Origin: an archaeon
GTDB taxonomy: Archaea; Nanobdellota; Nanobdellia; Pacearchaeales; GW2011-AR1
Direction of reading: 5' to 3'
Assembly: GCA_018651605.1 (NCBI GenBank)
Contig: JABIDS010000003.1
Span: 26,342-90,341, forward strand
DNA length: 64,000 bases
The notes under the pieces are model-generated. The model ran no database searches, was not told where the DNA came from, and worked only from the letters and a program-made list of their open reading frames with translations. Below, piece by piece: positions 1 to 10,613 of the stretch. Position 1 is the stretch's first letter. Each line of letters starts with the position of its first letter. A program made the translations under genes and the position numbers.

Positions 1-1029
1 AAAAACCAATACAACTTAACAGAAGAATCAATAGAAAGATTAGGAAAACTAGAATATTTTGTAAAATGTAAAACAGCAAGCGGAAAAATAAATCCAGAAA
101 CTTACAAAATAAAAACTTGCATAAATCCCGGTCCAGACTTAACAGCTCCAGTAATAAATCCATTAACAACTCCATCCAACAACGCCCCTCTAAAATACAA
201 CACAACACAACAAACAATACAAATCTACACAAACGAGCCTTCAGAATGCAAATGGGACACAAGAGAAAAAGAATTCACACAAATGGAAAACCAATTCAAC
301 TGCCAAACAGATTTAACAAAATACACCTTATTCGGACTACCTTGCAACACAACCTTAACAGATTTACAAAACAACACAAAATTCTATTTCAAATGTAAAG
401 ACCAACCATGGTGGAAAGGAACAGAAAACGAATCAAAAAGAAACATCATGCAAGAAGGCTTTGAATACAATTTCTTAGTTTCAAAAGATCCATTAATAAT
501 AGAAGAATTCCTACCAAGAGAAGGACAAGTAATCACAGAAGGATTCGAACCAGTAAGCACAACAATGAAACTCACAACATCAGGAGGAGTAGAAAAAGGA
601 CAAGCCATATGTTCATACAAATTAAACCAATTCTCAATGGTAGACCTAATAGAAACAAATGACACAGTCCACACTCAAGAATTCCAATCTTTAATGAAAG
701 GCTACTATAAAATAGAATTCATATGTGAAGACATTGCAGGAAACAAAGCAAACCAAACAACAACATTCAAAATCCAGATAGATAACACAGGCCCGAAAAT
801 AGTAAGAGTCTATTACGAATCAGGATTAAAAGTAATCACAGCAGAATCAGCAGAATGCAAATACGACTTCAAAAGAAACTTCATTTTCGACAACGCAACA
901 TCAATGTACACAACAAACGAACTAGAACACTTCGGAGAATGGGAACTAAAAAACTACTACATCCAATGTCAAGATCAATATAAAAACAAAGGACCTAAAT
1001 TAAAAGTTAAAGGATACGAGATGTTCTAA
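1..1029 (+). CDS. 5'-truncated Cys-containing Ig-like repeat surface protein, paralog of 3707..5773
   Basis: Frame 1 is open from base 1 (KNQYNL...CINPGPDLTAPVI...TNEPSECKWD...YFKCKDQPW). It aligns by eye with SFCVDKGPDTTPPKI...LNEPSECNWD...YYFRCKDKPW of 3707..5773. Confidence 0.8.
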   Translation, partial: KNQYNLTEESIERLGKLEYFVKCKTASGKINPETYKIKTCINPGPDLTAPVINPLTTPSNNAPLKYNTTQQTIQIYTNEPSECKWDTREKEFTQMENQFNCQTDLTKYTLFGLPCNTTLTDLQNNTKFYFKCKDQPWWKGTENESKRNIMQEGFEYNFLVSKDPLIIEEFLPREGQVITEGFEPVSTTMKLTTSGGVEKGQAICSYKLNQFSMVDLIETNDTVHTQEFQSLMKGYYKIEFICEDIAGNKANQTTTFKIQIDNTGPKIVRVYYESGLKVITAESAECKYDFKRNFIFDNATSMYTTNELEHFGEWELKNYYIQCQDQYKNKGPKLKVKGYEMF

Positions 1030-1069
1030 ATAACTTTATAAATTAAACAATCCTTAATTAATCATAAAA

Positions 1070-1885
1070 ATGAAAACAAAAAGAGGCACAATGAATTTCA
1101 AACAACCAGTCTTAAACCTAACTCCATCTAACAACAAGTCACAAGTAACAATCTTCATAATCCTAGCAATAGTTTTAATTTTTGTAATAGCAATAATTCT
1201 CTACAACCAAGGACAATTCACAAACATTTTCAAAACTCAAACACCTTTAGAACAAATCGCAGAATGCTCACAAGAACATCTTCAAGAAGCCATAACCCTA
1301 ATCTCAACTCAAGGAGGAGCAACAAATCCAACTAACTACTTCCTTTACCAAGATAACAAAGTAGATTACATCTGTTATACAAACGAAAATAACAGACCAT
1401 GTAAAATGCAGAAACCAGTTTTAAAAACTTCAATAGAAAACGAACTAGAAAAATACACAACACCAAAAATAAAACAATGCATAGAATCAACAAAAACAAC
1501 TTTAGAAAAAAAAGGTAAAACAATAACACATCAAAACCCAGAAATCTCAATAGAACTATTACCTAACAACGCAATAATCACAATAGACCTCAATCTTCAA
1601 ATAAAAGACTCAGAATCAACACAATCATATAAATCAATAAATACCGACGTCAACACAATGTTATATGACTTCATTGCAATAACAAGCGAAATCGCAAATG
1701 ATGAAGTTGAATTCGGAGACACAGAAACAATAAACTACATGTTAACCAATCAACCTTGGCTACAACTTGAAAAAAAGAAACAATCAGAAGGCACAAAAAT
1801 CTACACACTAACAGACAGAGAATCAGATACCAGCTTCATCTTCGCAACACGAAGCTTGGTAATATCTACTGGAGGAGTGAATTAA
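1070..1885 (+). CDS. Class III signal peptide (type IV pilin-like) protein
   Basis: NNKS|QVTIFIILAIVLIFVIAII, then C-x(10-14)-QGG motif shared with paralogs. Confidence 0.8.
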   Translation: MKTKRGTMNFKQPVLNLTPSNNKSQVTIFIILAIVLIFVIAIILYNQGQFTNIFKTQTPLEQIAECSQEHLQEAITLISTQGGATNPTNYFLYQDNKVDYICYTNENNRPCKMQKPVLKTSIENELEKYTTPKIKQCIESTKTTLEKKGKTITHQNPEISIELLPNNAIITIDLNLQIKDSESTQSYKSINTDVNTMLYDFIAITSEIANDEVEFGDTETINYMLTNQPWLQLEKKKQSEGTKIYTLTDRESDTSFIFATRSLVISTGGVN

Positions 1886-1886
1886 A

Positions 1887-3710
1887 ATGACAAAACAAAA
1901 AACATTAACCCTATTAATATTCACACTACTAATAGCAACAACACTAACAATAGCACAAGAAACTCAACCTTGGCCAGCCTACAACGTCTGTTGTGAAAAA
2001 ACAGAATCCGGAGCATGGTGTCAAAACGCACCAGAAGAAGATTGCAACCCAGACTTTAGAACAACAGCAACAAGTTGTGAAGCAACAAGTTTCTGTAAAT
2101 TAGGATGTTGCGTAGATTCTGATGAAGGACTATGCATGAAAAACACACCGCAAAAAACATGCGAAGTATCAACAGGATCATGGTTAGAGGACGAACAATG
2201 CAACGTCCCTCAATGCGATTTAGGATGCTGCCTTTTAGGAGACCAAGCAAACTTTGTAACATTAACAAGATGTAAAAGACTATCCTCAATATACGGACTA
2301 GAAACAAATTTCAGAACAGATGTAAGCACAGAAACAGCATGCATTGATTTAGCATTTGCACAAGACAGAGGAGCATGCGTATACGAAATAGAATTCCAAA
2401 AAACATGCAAGTTCACAACAAGAGCAGAATGCCTAGGCTCACTATCATCTGAATCAAGTGGAATCGCAGACGCAGAATTCTATAAAGACTTATTATGCTC
2501 AGCAGACGAACTTGCAACAGATTGCGGCCCAACAACATCAACAACATGCATAGAAGGAAAAGACGAAGTTTATTTCATGGACTCTTGCGGAAACCCTGCA
2601 AACATTTATGATGCAACTAAAACTAAAACTCCTGCATACTGGAGAAACATTGTCCCAAAAAAAGATTCATGTGGTTTCAGAAATCCTGACGGAAGCATAG
2701 ACTCAAGTTCATGCGGAAACTGTGAATATCTTCAAGGAAGTTTATGCGGAAAAGGAAACGCAAAATACGGAAGTCTAACTTGCAATGACTTAAATTGTTA
2801 CAACACTGAAAATGGAGAAGACTACAGAAACGGCGAATCATGGTGCATTTATCAAGGAGTAATAGACAATGGAAAAGATGTAGCAGGAAGCAGACACTTC
2901 AGACACGTCTGTATACATGGTGAAGAAACAATAGAACCATGCGCAGACTTTAGAAACGAAATATGCATAGAAGAAAAAATGGACACAGTAAACGGAAACT
3001 TCATAGAAGCAGCATGCAGACTAAACAGATGGGATGATTGTATAAACCAATTTGAAGAAGACGATTGCTTAAATTTAGATCAAAGAGAATGTTTCTGGAT
3101 TAAGGGAATGCATTACGACGGTTCAGGAAGTTCAGCAAAAGCAGCTTCATTAAATGAAAAAACACAATCACGAACAGGCTCATCACTTGGAAACACAGAT
3201 ACTGAAAAAGAAAACACAGGGATACTAAATGGAGGAGAAATATGCCTGCCTAATAATCCCCCAGGATTAAAATTCTGGGAATCAGGAGATGCATCAACAG
3301 TCTGCGCATTAGGAAACTCAAAACAACTTGTCCACTATTCAACAAGTTTATTCGGAAAAACAAAATGTAAAGAAAACTGCGAAGTTAATGAAGCAAAATG
3401 GGTCCAAGAAATGAATCATGTCTGCAAAAGTTTAGGAGACTGTGGTTCTTACACAAACATTGCAGGAAGATTCACAAACAAAGGAGCAGTATGGAAAAGC
3501 GACGGACAAAGAAAAGTTCTAAGTGGAATACTTGGAGATTTACATGAAGCATCAGGCACTGCACAACCAACAGAAACAATAGAACCAGAAGGAACAACAA
3601 CAGAAACAACAACAGAAACAACAACAGAAACAACAACAGAAACAACAACAGAAACAATAGACCCAGAACCAGAAAACACTTTTGAAAACACAGGAGAAAC
3701 AACATCATGA
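1887..3710 (+). CDS. Secreted Cys-rich protein with Thr/Glu-rich tail
   Basis: Sec signal, very many Cys (CC, GCC repeats), C-terminal (TTTE)5; start coupled to upstream stop (TAAAATG). Confidence 0.8.
   Translation: MTKQKTLTLLIFTLLIATTLTIAQETQPWPAYNVCCEKTESGAWCQNAPEEDCNPDFRTTATSCEATSFCKLGCCVDSDEGLCMKNTPQKTCEVSTGSWLEDEQCNVPQCDLGCCLLGDQANFVTLTRCKRLSSIYGLETNFRTDVSTETACIDLAFAQDRGACVYEIEFQKTCKFTTRAECLGSLSSESSGIADAEFYKDLLCSADELATDCGPTTSTTCIEGKDEVYFMDSCGNPANIYDATKTKTPAYWRNIVPKKDSCGFRNPDGSIDSSSCGNCEYLQGSLCGKGNAKYGSLTCNDLNCYNTENGEDYRNGESWCIYQGVIDNGKDVAGSRHFRHVCIHGEETIEPCADFRNEICIEEKMDTVNGNFIEAACRLNRWDDCINQFEEDDCLNLDQRECFWIKGMHYDGSGSSAKAASLNEKTQSRTGSSLGNTDTEKENTGILNGGEICLPNNPPGLKFWESGDASTVCALGNSKQLVHYSTSLFGKTKCKENCEVNEAKWVQEMNHVCKSLGDCGSYTNIAGRFTNKGAVWKSDGQRKVLSGILGDLHEASGTAQPTETIEPEGTTTETTTETTTETTTETTTETIDPEPENTFENTGETTS
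3594..3653 (+). repeat. 12-bp tandem repeat (ACAACAACAGAA)x5 encoding TTTE
   Basis: Read directly from the sequence. Confidence 0.9.
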
Positions 3711-5773
3711 TAAAATCATCATCAAAACTAAAAACCTATTTCTTAATATTAAACTTAGTTATTTCTATAATTGCAATATCAGCCTTAGTTGGTGCAGAAG
3801 AAACAATTCCAGGAACAACTGACAACAAAGATAAACCTGAAGGAACAGATGTAGATGGAACAATAGTAGACCCTGACGCAGATGGAGCAACAGGAATCGG
3901 AGGAGGAGATGACACACCAGGAGGACCTGATGATGCAACAGGAGACACAACAGGAGGAGACACTACTGGAGGCCCAGGAGGCACTGGAACAATTGGAGGA
4001 AAAATAAATAGTTTAGGATGGATGAGCGCAATAACTAAAGCAGGAATATTTGCAGGAATTGGAGGCTCAATAGGAAATTTAGCAGGAGGAGATGACGGAC
4101 TTCTTTGGGGCTCAGTTGCAGGAGCAACTGCAGGAGCAATAACAGGATTATTTGAAAAACAACTTGGAACTGGAGGAGCAATGTTATTAGGTTTAGGAGT
4201 TGGAGCAGCAATATTTTTAGCAACATACAAAAAATCAAGCACAGAACTAGTTGAGTTTCAATGTTTACCTTGGCAAGCACCAATAGGTGGAGAAGATTGT
4301 GAAACATGCCAAGATTTTGAAGATTGCTCAGAATACACTTGCAAAAGTTTAGGACAAGCATGCGCAATAGTAAACCCTGGAACATTAGAACAAAAATGCG
4401 TATGGCAAAATCCTCACGACGTAAACTCACCAACAATAGAATTCAAAAAAGTAAACAAAGGATTAACATATAAACCAGACAACAGCTTAAGACCTCCTGC
4501 AACAGGTGTTATAATAAACAGAGAATCAGAAACATGTATTCAAGCTTTCACACCATTAGAATTTGAATTCAACACAAACGAACCAGCACAATGTAAAATA
4601 GATTACAACCTAACAACAGGATTTGACGAAATGTCATTCTACGTCGGAGGAGACAGTTTACTAAGATACAACCATACAGAAACATTATCTCTACCAGGCC
4701 CTGCTACAATAAATGCAATAGCTCCTGAATTAAAAAACAATGGAGAATATAGATTATTTGTAAGATGTCAAGATGCAAACGGAAACTACAACCAAGACGC
4801 ATACTCAGTAAGCTTCTGCGTAGACAAAGGCCCAGATACAACACCTCCAAAAATAGTGGACGTGAACATTCCAAGCAACAATCCAATTTTATACGACAAA
4901 ACAAATTTAGAATTAGAAGTCTATCTAAATGAACCTTCAGAATGCAATTGGGACAGAGAAGACCGAGATTTCAAAGACATGGCAAATGAAATGGATTGCA
5001 AATTAAATGTCTGGGAAATGAACTCCCAAAACGTATACACTTGCAAAGCAGACTTAACAGGAATTGAAAATAGAAAAGAAAACAAATACTATTTCAGATG
5101 TAAAGACAAACCTTGGGCAGAAGAAGGAGACAGGAACACAAACTCACAAAGTTACTTATATGTTTTATTAGGAACACAACCATTAAATATAATTGAAGTA
5201 AAACCAACAAGTGAAACAATCTCTGGAGCAACAGACGTCATACCAGTATTCCTAGAAATAAAAACAGACAACGGACACGACAACGGAGAATCACTTTGTT
5301 ATTACCACCAAGGCGAACCTTCAGTAGAAGAAGACTACATATTATTCTCTGAAACAAAATCAAACATCCACAAACAAAGACAAGACCTTGCTCAAGGTGA
5401 TTACACTTACTATCTTAAATGCATAGACCTGGGAGGAAACACTGCCTACAATACAACAACATTCAAGGTAGAAACAGACAGAGAACCTCCAATGGTGGTA
5501 AGAACTTACAAAGAAAGCTCTGAATTAAAAATAATCACAAGCGAAAAATCAGGCTGTTCTTTCTCAACAAAAGACTGCAACTTTGAAATAGAAGATGCAA
5601 TACTTATGACAACCTTTGATTCTGAATCCCACACAGCAGAATGGACAAACAATCAAAACTATTTCATAAGATGCATGGATGAATTCAACAACCAACCTTA
5701 TCCAAACACTTGCTCAATTATCCTCAAACCAACACAATTCACAAAACAGGATACAGGTGTGATTATTTTATAA
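3707..5773 (+). CDS. Membrane/secreted protein: Gly/Asp linker, glycine-zipper hydrophobic segments, Cys-containing Ig-like repeats
   Basis: Signal peptide, GxxxG-rich helices (AGIFAGIGGSIG, GAVAGATAGAITG-like), repeated TxEPxxCxxD / YxxxCxD beta-sandwich motifs. Confidence 0.75.
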   Translation: MIKSSSKLKTYFLILNLVISIIAISALVGAEETIPGTTDNKDKPEGTDVDGTIVDPDADGATGIGGGDDTPGGPDDATGDTTGGDTTGGPGGTGTIGGKINSLGWMSAITKAGIFAGIGGSIGNLAGGDDGLLWGSVAGATAGAITGLFEKQLGTGGAMLLGLGVGAAIFLATYKKSSTELVEFQCLPWQAPIGGEDCETCQDFEDCSEYTCKSLGQACAIVNPGTLEQKCVWQNPHDVNSPTIEFKKVNKGLTYKPDNSLRPPATGVIINRESETCIQAFTPLEFEFNTNEPAQCKIDYNLTTGFDEMSFYVGGDSLLRYNHTETLSLPGPATINAIAPELKNNGEYRLFVRCQDANGNYNQDAYSVSFCVDKGPDTTPPKIVDVNIPSNNPILYDKTNLELEVYLNEPSECNWDREDRDFKDMANEMDCKLNVWEMNSQNVYTCKADLTGIENRKENKYYFRCKDKPWAEEGDRNTNSQSYLYVLLGTQPLNIIEVKPTSETISGATDVIPVFLEIKTDNGHDNGESLCYYHQGEPSVEEDYILFSETKSNIHKQRQDLAQGDYTYYLKCIDLGGNTAYNTTTFKVETDREPPMVVRTYKESSELKIITSEKSGCSFSTKDCNFEIEDAILMTTFDSESHTAEWTNNQNYFIRCMDEFNNQPYPNTCSIILKPTQFTKQDTGVIIL

Positions 5774-5869
5774 AAGAAACATAATCAGAATAGAAAATCA
5801 TTTAAGTTATTTTTAATCAAACAATTATTTATATAAAATTAATTTTTTTTGAAAACCCATCTTCAAACC

Positions 5870-6010
5870 AATCTACTCATCTTCATCAGAAAAACGATAT
5901 GGCTAAACAAAACTAATCTACTCCTCTTCATAAATAAATAAAGTTACAAGATTTCAGTATACAACAGCGAAGTGCCTTGACGAAGTCAGGCACGAAAGCG
6001 ACGTCGTCAA
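5870..6010 (+). repeat. Intergenic repeat element with GAA-loop hairpin
   Basis: AATCTACTCATCTTCAT motif shared with ~30150 and ~51520. AGCGAAGTGCCTTGACGAAGTCAGGCACGAAAGCGAC recurs inverted at 39412..39449. Confidence 0.7.
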
Positions 6011-6061
6011 CATTCCCAAAACTCACAAAACTTTTATTAACCTTCAAAACATCTTTCATAT

Positions 6062-6889
6062 ATGAAAAAAAGAGAATCCCCTTCACAAAAAAGATCACAT
6101 GCTAAGCTTCCGAAGGGAGTACTTAGAGGGAGGGTGACTTGTAAGGGAACCGTAGGTTCCATACGATCACAAACAACCATATTCATAATCCTAACAATCC
6201 TAATAATCATCATCATAGCTACACTCTTCATTCTAAAGCCAACCAAACAATCAACACCTCAACAAATTCAACCATTACAATCATCAATACAATCTTGCAT
6301 AGAAGAAATCTCCAAACAAGCAATATTTCACATAAGCGAAAGAGGAGGTTACTACAATCTTCCAGATACAACTCTCGAAAACACAACCCCCTACTATCTT
6401 TACAACGACCAAAACCTCATACCAACTAAAGAAAAAATTCAAAGAGAAATCACACTTTACATACAAGACAACCTACCTAAGTGCATATTCATAGCAACAG
6501 AATTTTCAGATTTCAAAATAACTCAACAACAACCTAGAGCAACAACAGAAATAAAACCAAACAATATTGAAATAAATATAATCTATCCATTATCAATAAC
6601 AAAAGAAGAAAAAACTTACCAACTAGAAAATTTCAAAACAAACATTCCAATAAGACTAGGAACAATCTACAATTCAATTGAACAAATCATACAAGAACAA
6701 ATCAAAGACCCAACAGCACTAGACCCTCACCACATATATCAAGTATCAAATGAAAACAATCTCCAAACAAAAATGCTAGGATTCACTCAAGACTCAGTAA
6801 TATTCATCATCACAGACAAAAAAACAATAAACCAAAACTACACATTTATCTTTGCAAATAAATACATTCCAAAAGAAATTGAAATATAA
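6062..6889 (+). CDS. Class III signal peptide (pilin-like) protein with a palindromic element in its leader
   Basis: IRS|QTTIFIILTILIII; IQSCIE...ERGGYY; ends FANKY like its paralogs. Confidence 0.8.
   Translation: MKKRESPSQKRSHAKLPKGVLRGRVTCKGTVGSIRSQTTIFIILTILIIIIIATLFILKPTKQSTPQQIQPLQSSIQSCIEEISKQAIFHISERGGYYNLPDTTLENTTPYYLYNDQNLIPTKEKIQREITLYIQDNLPKCIFIATEFSDFKITQQQPRATTEIKPNNIEINIIYPLSITKEEKTYQLENFKTNIPIRLGTIYNSIEQIIQEQIKDPTALDPHHIYQVSNENNLQTKMLGFTQDSVIFIITDKKTINQNYTFIFANKYIPKEIEI
6098..6166 (+). repeat. In-frame palindromic element, copy 1 (encodes HAKLPKGVLRGRVTC...)
   Basis: CTTCC-GAA-GGGAG and GGAACC-GTA-GGTTCC hairpins; core GGTGACTTGT...TACGA also at 29421, 51717 and 55181. Confidence 0.8.
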
Positions 6890-8759
6890 AAAACTATCAA
6901 CACTAATTGCATTACTTCTCCTCCTTAGCATAGTTTACGCTCAATCAATTACTCTTTACAACGGAGCCTCTTCAACAGAAATAGACCCAAAAAAACAAAG
7001 CCAAGTAATTTTAAAACAAGGAGAAACAATAACAATAAACAATATAGACTACCCTGCAAAACAAGATTCAAAATTCACATTCAACGAAAAAGGAGAACTA
7101 ACAACAGGAACATCATTCACAACAGAACAAGGAACATACAACATAAAAGGATTTGAAATAGATTTACCAGAAGATTCAACAGTAACTTACCAAGAAGATA
7201 AAATAACAATAAGATTAAAAAAATCATCAAAATTATCAGTCAAAGAAACAAATGAAGCACAATCAGATATCCCAATAGAATTCATCTCAGATGAAGAATT
7301 AGAAGTAGATGGAATAAAAATAAACTCACTCCCAAACCAAGAAACAAAAGTTTACTTTGACACAGAAAAAAAATTATTCTACATAAAAAAAGTAGAAATA
7401 AATGGATTCCAATTTGGAAAATTAACAGGAAAAGACAACACTTATTTATTTTCATCAGAAATTCCAAAAGATTTCAAAGAATCTGCAATAATGATTAAAG
7501 ATAATAAAATAATCTTAAGAGCACCAATAGACAGTTCCAGTACAGATATAACATACACAAAAGATAAAGCAAAGTCAATACTTCAAGCCAGAGCAAAAGG
7601 CGAAATAGAAATAATCATTCAAGATAAAAGATTAGACATAACAACAAAAGGAGACTACAAAATATTTAATGGAAAAATACTAGAGGAAAACGGAGAAATA
7701 GCCCCACTATCAGAATCATTATATAAAATAATAGAACCAACAGAAAAAACAATCCCATTCCATGTAACCTCAATCAAAGAAGATGGAACACCAATGAAAG
7801 GAGAAACATTCTACGACAAAAATGGAAATTTCTTTGTAGGATATAACCAAGGAGACGGAATTTACACAAAATCCGACGGAACAATTCATGTAGAAACAGA
7901 TGAATTAAAAACCTCTTTTGAAAACCTAAACCAAGAACAAAATGAGAAATTCCAAACACTATCAAAATCAGAAAAACTAGAAGTTTTAAGAGGGGTTGCA
8001 GGTGGAGGAAGTTTGGGAAGAGTTTTGGATAGCATAAGCACAATGGGGAATCCAAAATCCATAAGAGAGTTACCAGTAATAAGGAATGTTAATAGGGGAA
8101 ATAAAATTTTAAATGAAATTGCTGCTTATACTCCTGAGGGTTTTTTATATAATGGTGATGCCCATTATTCTACCCATTATCTTCAAAGCGGACTTAGAAA
8201 TGTATATGGTAATGGGGGACGTGATGCAGCAATGTATTTATCTAATGGAGAATTTGTAGTAATGGAGAATCCTCCAGGAATTACATTAAATCAACTTGCA
8301 GATTATATTTATGATAAAGAATTGCAAGGAACAGGAGGTTCAACATATTTAATAGGTAGTCAAAAAGGAATGGGAAAATATGAAGGTTGGAACTCACAAC
8401 CATTATCACATATGTGGGATGAATGGGGAGCTTATGTATATACTGCAAAAAATCAAATAGAAAGAGGTTATGCTGGATCAGATATGGGTCCAGAAAGAAC
8501 AATGAACCTTATGGCATATAATATGGGAATGTTAGATTTAGTAAAATCTTCTCAAGGAGAAAGTCAATATTACCAAGAATTAAGAGATGTAGTCTATTTA
8601 CAAACCTCTAATAGTGCAGAAGTTTACAAAGGGTCTGTCAAGATAGGAATAGACGAGGCAGCAACAACATATCTAAACCAATTAAGAAATAGCCCATGGT
8701 TCAATCAAGCAACAGATGAACATTTTGGTAAAGGTTCATTTAATAATCTTTTTCAATAA
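6879..8759 (+). CDS. Large secreted beta-rich protein with distinct C-terminal domain (degenerate zincin-like HYSTH...DEWGAY)
   Basis: Probable TTG start at 6879 gives a clean signal peptide; DLPEDSTVTY stalk motif; base composition shifts at about 7980. Confidence 0.7.
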   Translation: MKYKKLSTLIALLLLLSIVYAQSITLYNGASSTEIDPKKQSQVILKQGETITINNIDYPAKQDSKFTFNEKGELTTGTSFTTEQGTYNIKGFEIDLPEDSTVTYQEDKITIRLKKSSKLSVKETNEAQSDIPIEFISDEELEVDGIKINSLPNQETKVYFDTEKKLFYIKKVEINGFQFGKLTGKDNTYLFSSEIPKDFKESAIMIKDNKIILRAPIDSSSTDITYTKDKAKSILQARAKGEIEIIIQDKRLDITTKGDYKIFNGKILEENGEIAPLSESLYKIIEPTEKTIPFHVTSIKEDGTPMKGETFYDKNGNFFVGYNQGDGIYTKSDGTIHVETDELKTSFENLNQEQNEKFQTLSKSEKLEVLRGVAGGGSLGRVLDSISTMGNPKSIRELPVIRNVNRGNKILNEIAAYTPEGFLYNGDAHYSTHYLQSGLRNVYGNGGRDAAMYLSNGEFVVMENPPGITLNQLADYIYDKELQGTGGSTYLIGSQKGMGKYEGWNSQPLSHMWDEWGAYVYTAKNQIERGYAGSDMGPERTMNLMAYNMGMLDLVKSSQGESQYYQELRDVVYLQTSNSAEVYKGSVKIGIDEAATTYLNQLRNSPWFNQATDEHFGKGSFNNLFQ

Positions 8760-8804
8760 CTCACAAACCAAAAACCCTATAAAGTCCAATTTCTCTTCTA
8801 AAAA

Positions 8805-9815
8805 ATGAAAAAACAAATAAAAAACCTAGCACAAAAATTAGCCTTAGCTACAACCTTAACACTCTCAACCATAACACAAACCCAAGCTCAAAACCACTTC
8901 CAATCTCCCACCCCAAACCACTTCAAATACCCAACCCAAATTACAGAATCACAAATATTACATCATATGGGACATAGCATGCAACACAATGCACATCACA
9001 CACACAACCCAACACAATATGAAATAGGAAACATACTCCACAACACAGCTCATTTAATAAACATCTACGAAATGCAAAACTCAAAATACCATTTACCTCA
9101 AAGAACAAAACACAAACCAGTAATAAACTTCTTTGTATATGACTCTTGGAAAGACCTTAATCATAATGGTTGGCCAGATAACAGGGCAGAACTTAGAGGA
9201 AGATTAAGAGAAACATTTCATGAAGACGAAAAAATACAAATCGGCACATTAAGTTTTTGGCTAGAAGGAAGCAGAGTAGGCTATAAAATGTTCTGCCCAA
9301 ATGGAGAAGAAATTTATTCAAAAACTCTAAATGTAAATCACGAACATGCTTACGCACCATTAGCAGACTTCAACCAAGGTTTACCAAAAACTCTCAAAAA
9401 ACACGGCCCAGGAATTTATTCAACAAAATTCTTTGTAGACAACAAACACATAGGAACAAGAAACTTCAGACTAATACCTAATCCAGCAAAACAAAGAAAT
9501 TTAGAATCTTCATTACATTCATGTAAACAAAAAACATCAATGTCTCAAAAAGAAAAAGATTATTATGAAAGAGAAAAAGCAATGCATAGGGAAGAAAGTA
9601 AAAAATATCAAACACACCTTTCACCATCACAAAGAAAAACAATACAACAATTCCACAACACAATAAGACAAAGAGCAAATGCAATGAACAAAGCCCATCC
9701 AAGAATAAGAGCAGACCCCTTAGGCTACAACTTCACCGAAGCAGAAATCCTCAAACTTCACAAAACTTATGGAAACTTCTCAGAACAAAACATAAGAAAA
9801 TTCATCAAACCCTAA
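8805..9815 (+). CDS. Secreted hypothetical protein, His/Gln-rich N-terminus
   Basis: Signal peptide ending QTQA; own TATA-like box about 25 nt upstream. Confidence 0.7.
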   Translation: MKKQIKNLAQKLALATTLTLSTITQTQAQNHFQSPTPNHFKYPTQITESQILHHMGHSMQHNAHHTHNPTQYEIGNILHNTAHLINIYEMQNSKYHLPQRTKHKPVINFFVYDSWKDLNHNGWPDNRAELRGRLRETFHEDEKIQIGTLSFWLEGSRVGYKMFCPNGEEIYSKTLNVNHEHAYAPLADFNQGLPKTLKKHGPGIYSTKFFVDNKHIGTRNFRLIPNPAKQRNLESSLHSCKQKTSMSQKEKDYYEREKAMHREESKKYQTHLSPSQRKTIQQFHNTIRQRANAMNKAHPRIRADPLGYNFTEAEILKLHKTYGNFSEQNIRKFIKP

Positions 9816-9847
9816 ACATTTATTAACAATAATTTCTTATTCAACCT

Positions 9848-10612
9848 ATGAAAAAAAGAGTTTACAACAACCTTCTTAATAAGAATTTCACACGAAAAGG
9901 ACAAACAACAATATTCATAATCTTCGCAATACTCCTAATGGCAATACTCCTAATCTTCTTTCTCGCAAAACAAAACATCATAAGTTTAAACCTAACAAAC
10001 CCTCAGATAAAACCCGTCAACTCATTTATCCAATCCTGCATTGACCAAACAGCAGAAAACGCAATCCAACACATCGGAGAAAACGGAGGATACTTCACAA
10101 GCCCAAATAATTCCCTAGACAATGCAATTCCAATATACTTTAACAAAGGACAAACACAAGTCCCAACAAAAGAACAAATAGAATCAGAACTCTCTGAATA
10201 TATAAACACAATGTTATTCTTCTGCACAAAAAACTTCGCAGATTTTCAAGACTTTAAAATCACACAAAAAGAAATAAAAACAACAACACAAATTCAAAAA
10301 GGAGAAATCATATTCAACATAAATTATCCCTTATCATTAACAAAAGAAGAAAAAACTTATCAATTAGAAAACTTCAACACAGAAATTCCATCAAGACTTC
10401 TCACAGTCCAAGAAGCAGCATCCAAAATAATCCAAGACCAAAAAGAATTTCCAGAAGAACTTTGCATAACTTGCATAGAAGAAACAACAATAGAAAAACA
10501 ATTAATCGTAAACATGAGAGACTATCAAGACTCAATAATTTTCTCAATAACAGATTACAATCAACAAATAAATCAAAAAGAATTCATATTCTATTTCGCA
10601 AACAAATATTAA
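9848..10612 (+). CDS. Class III signal peptide (pilin-like) protein
   Basis: RKG|QTTIFIIFAILL; YPLSLTKEEKTYQLENF nearly identical to the 6062 paralog; CITC; ends FANKY. Confidence 0.85.
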   Translation: MKKRVYNNLLNKNFTRKGQTTIFIIFAILLMAILLIFFLAKQNIISLNLTNPQIKPVNSFIQSCIDQTAENAIQHIGENGGYFTSPNNSLDNAIPIYFNKGQTQVPTKEQIESELSEYINTMLFFCTKNFADFQDFKITQKEIKTTTQIQKGEIIFNINYPLSLTKEEKTYQLENFNTEIPSRLLTVQEAASKIIQDQKEFPEELCITCIEETTIEKQLIVNMRDYQDSIIFSITDYNQQINQKEFIFYFANKY

Positions 10613-10613
10613 A

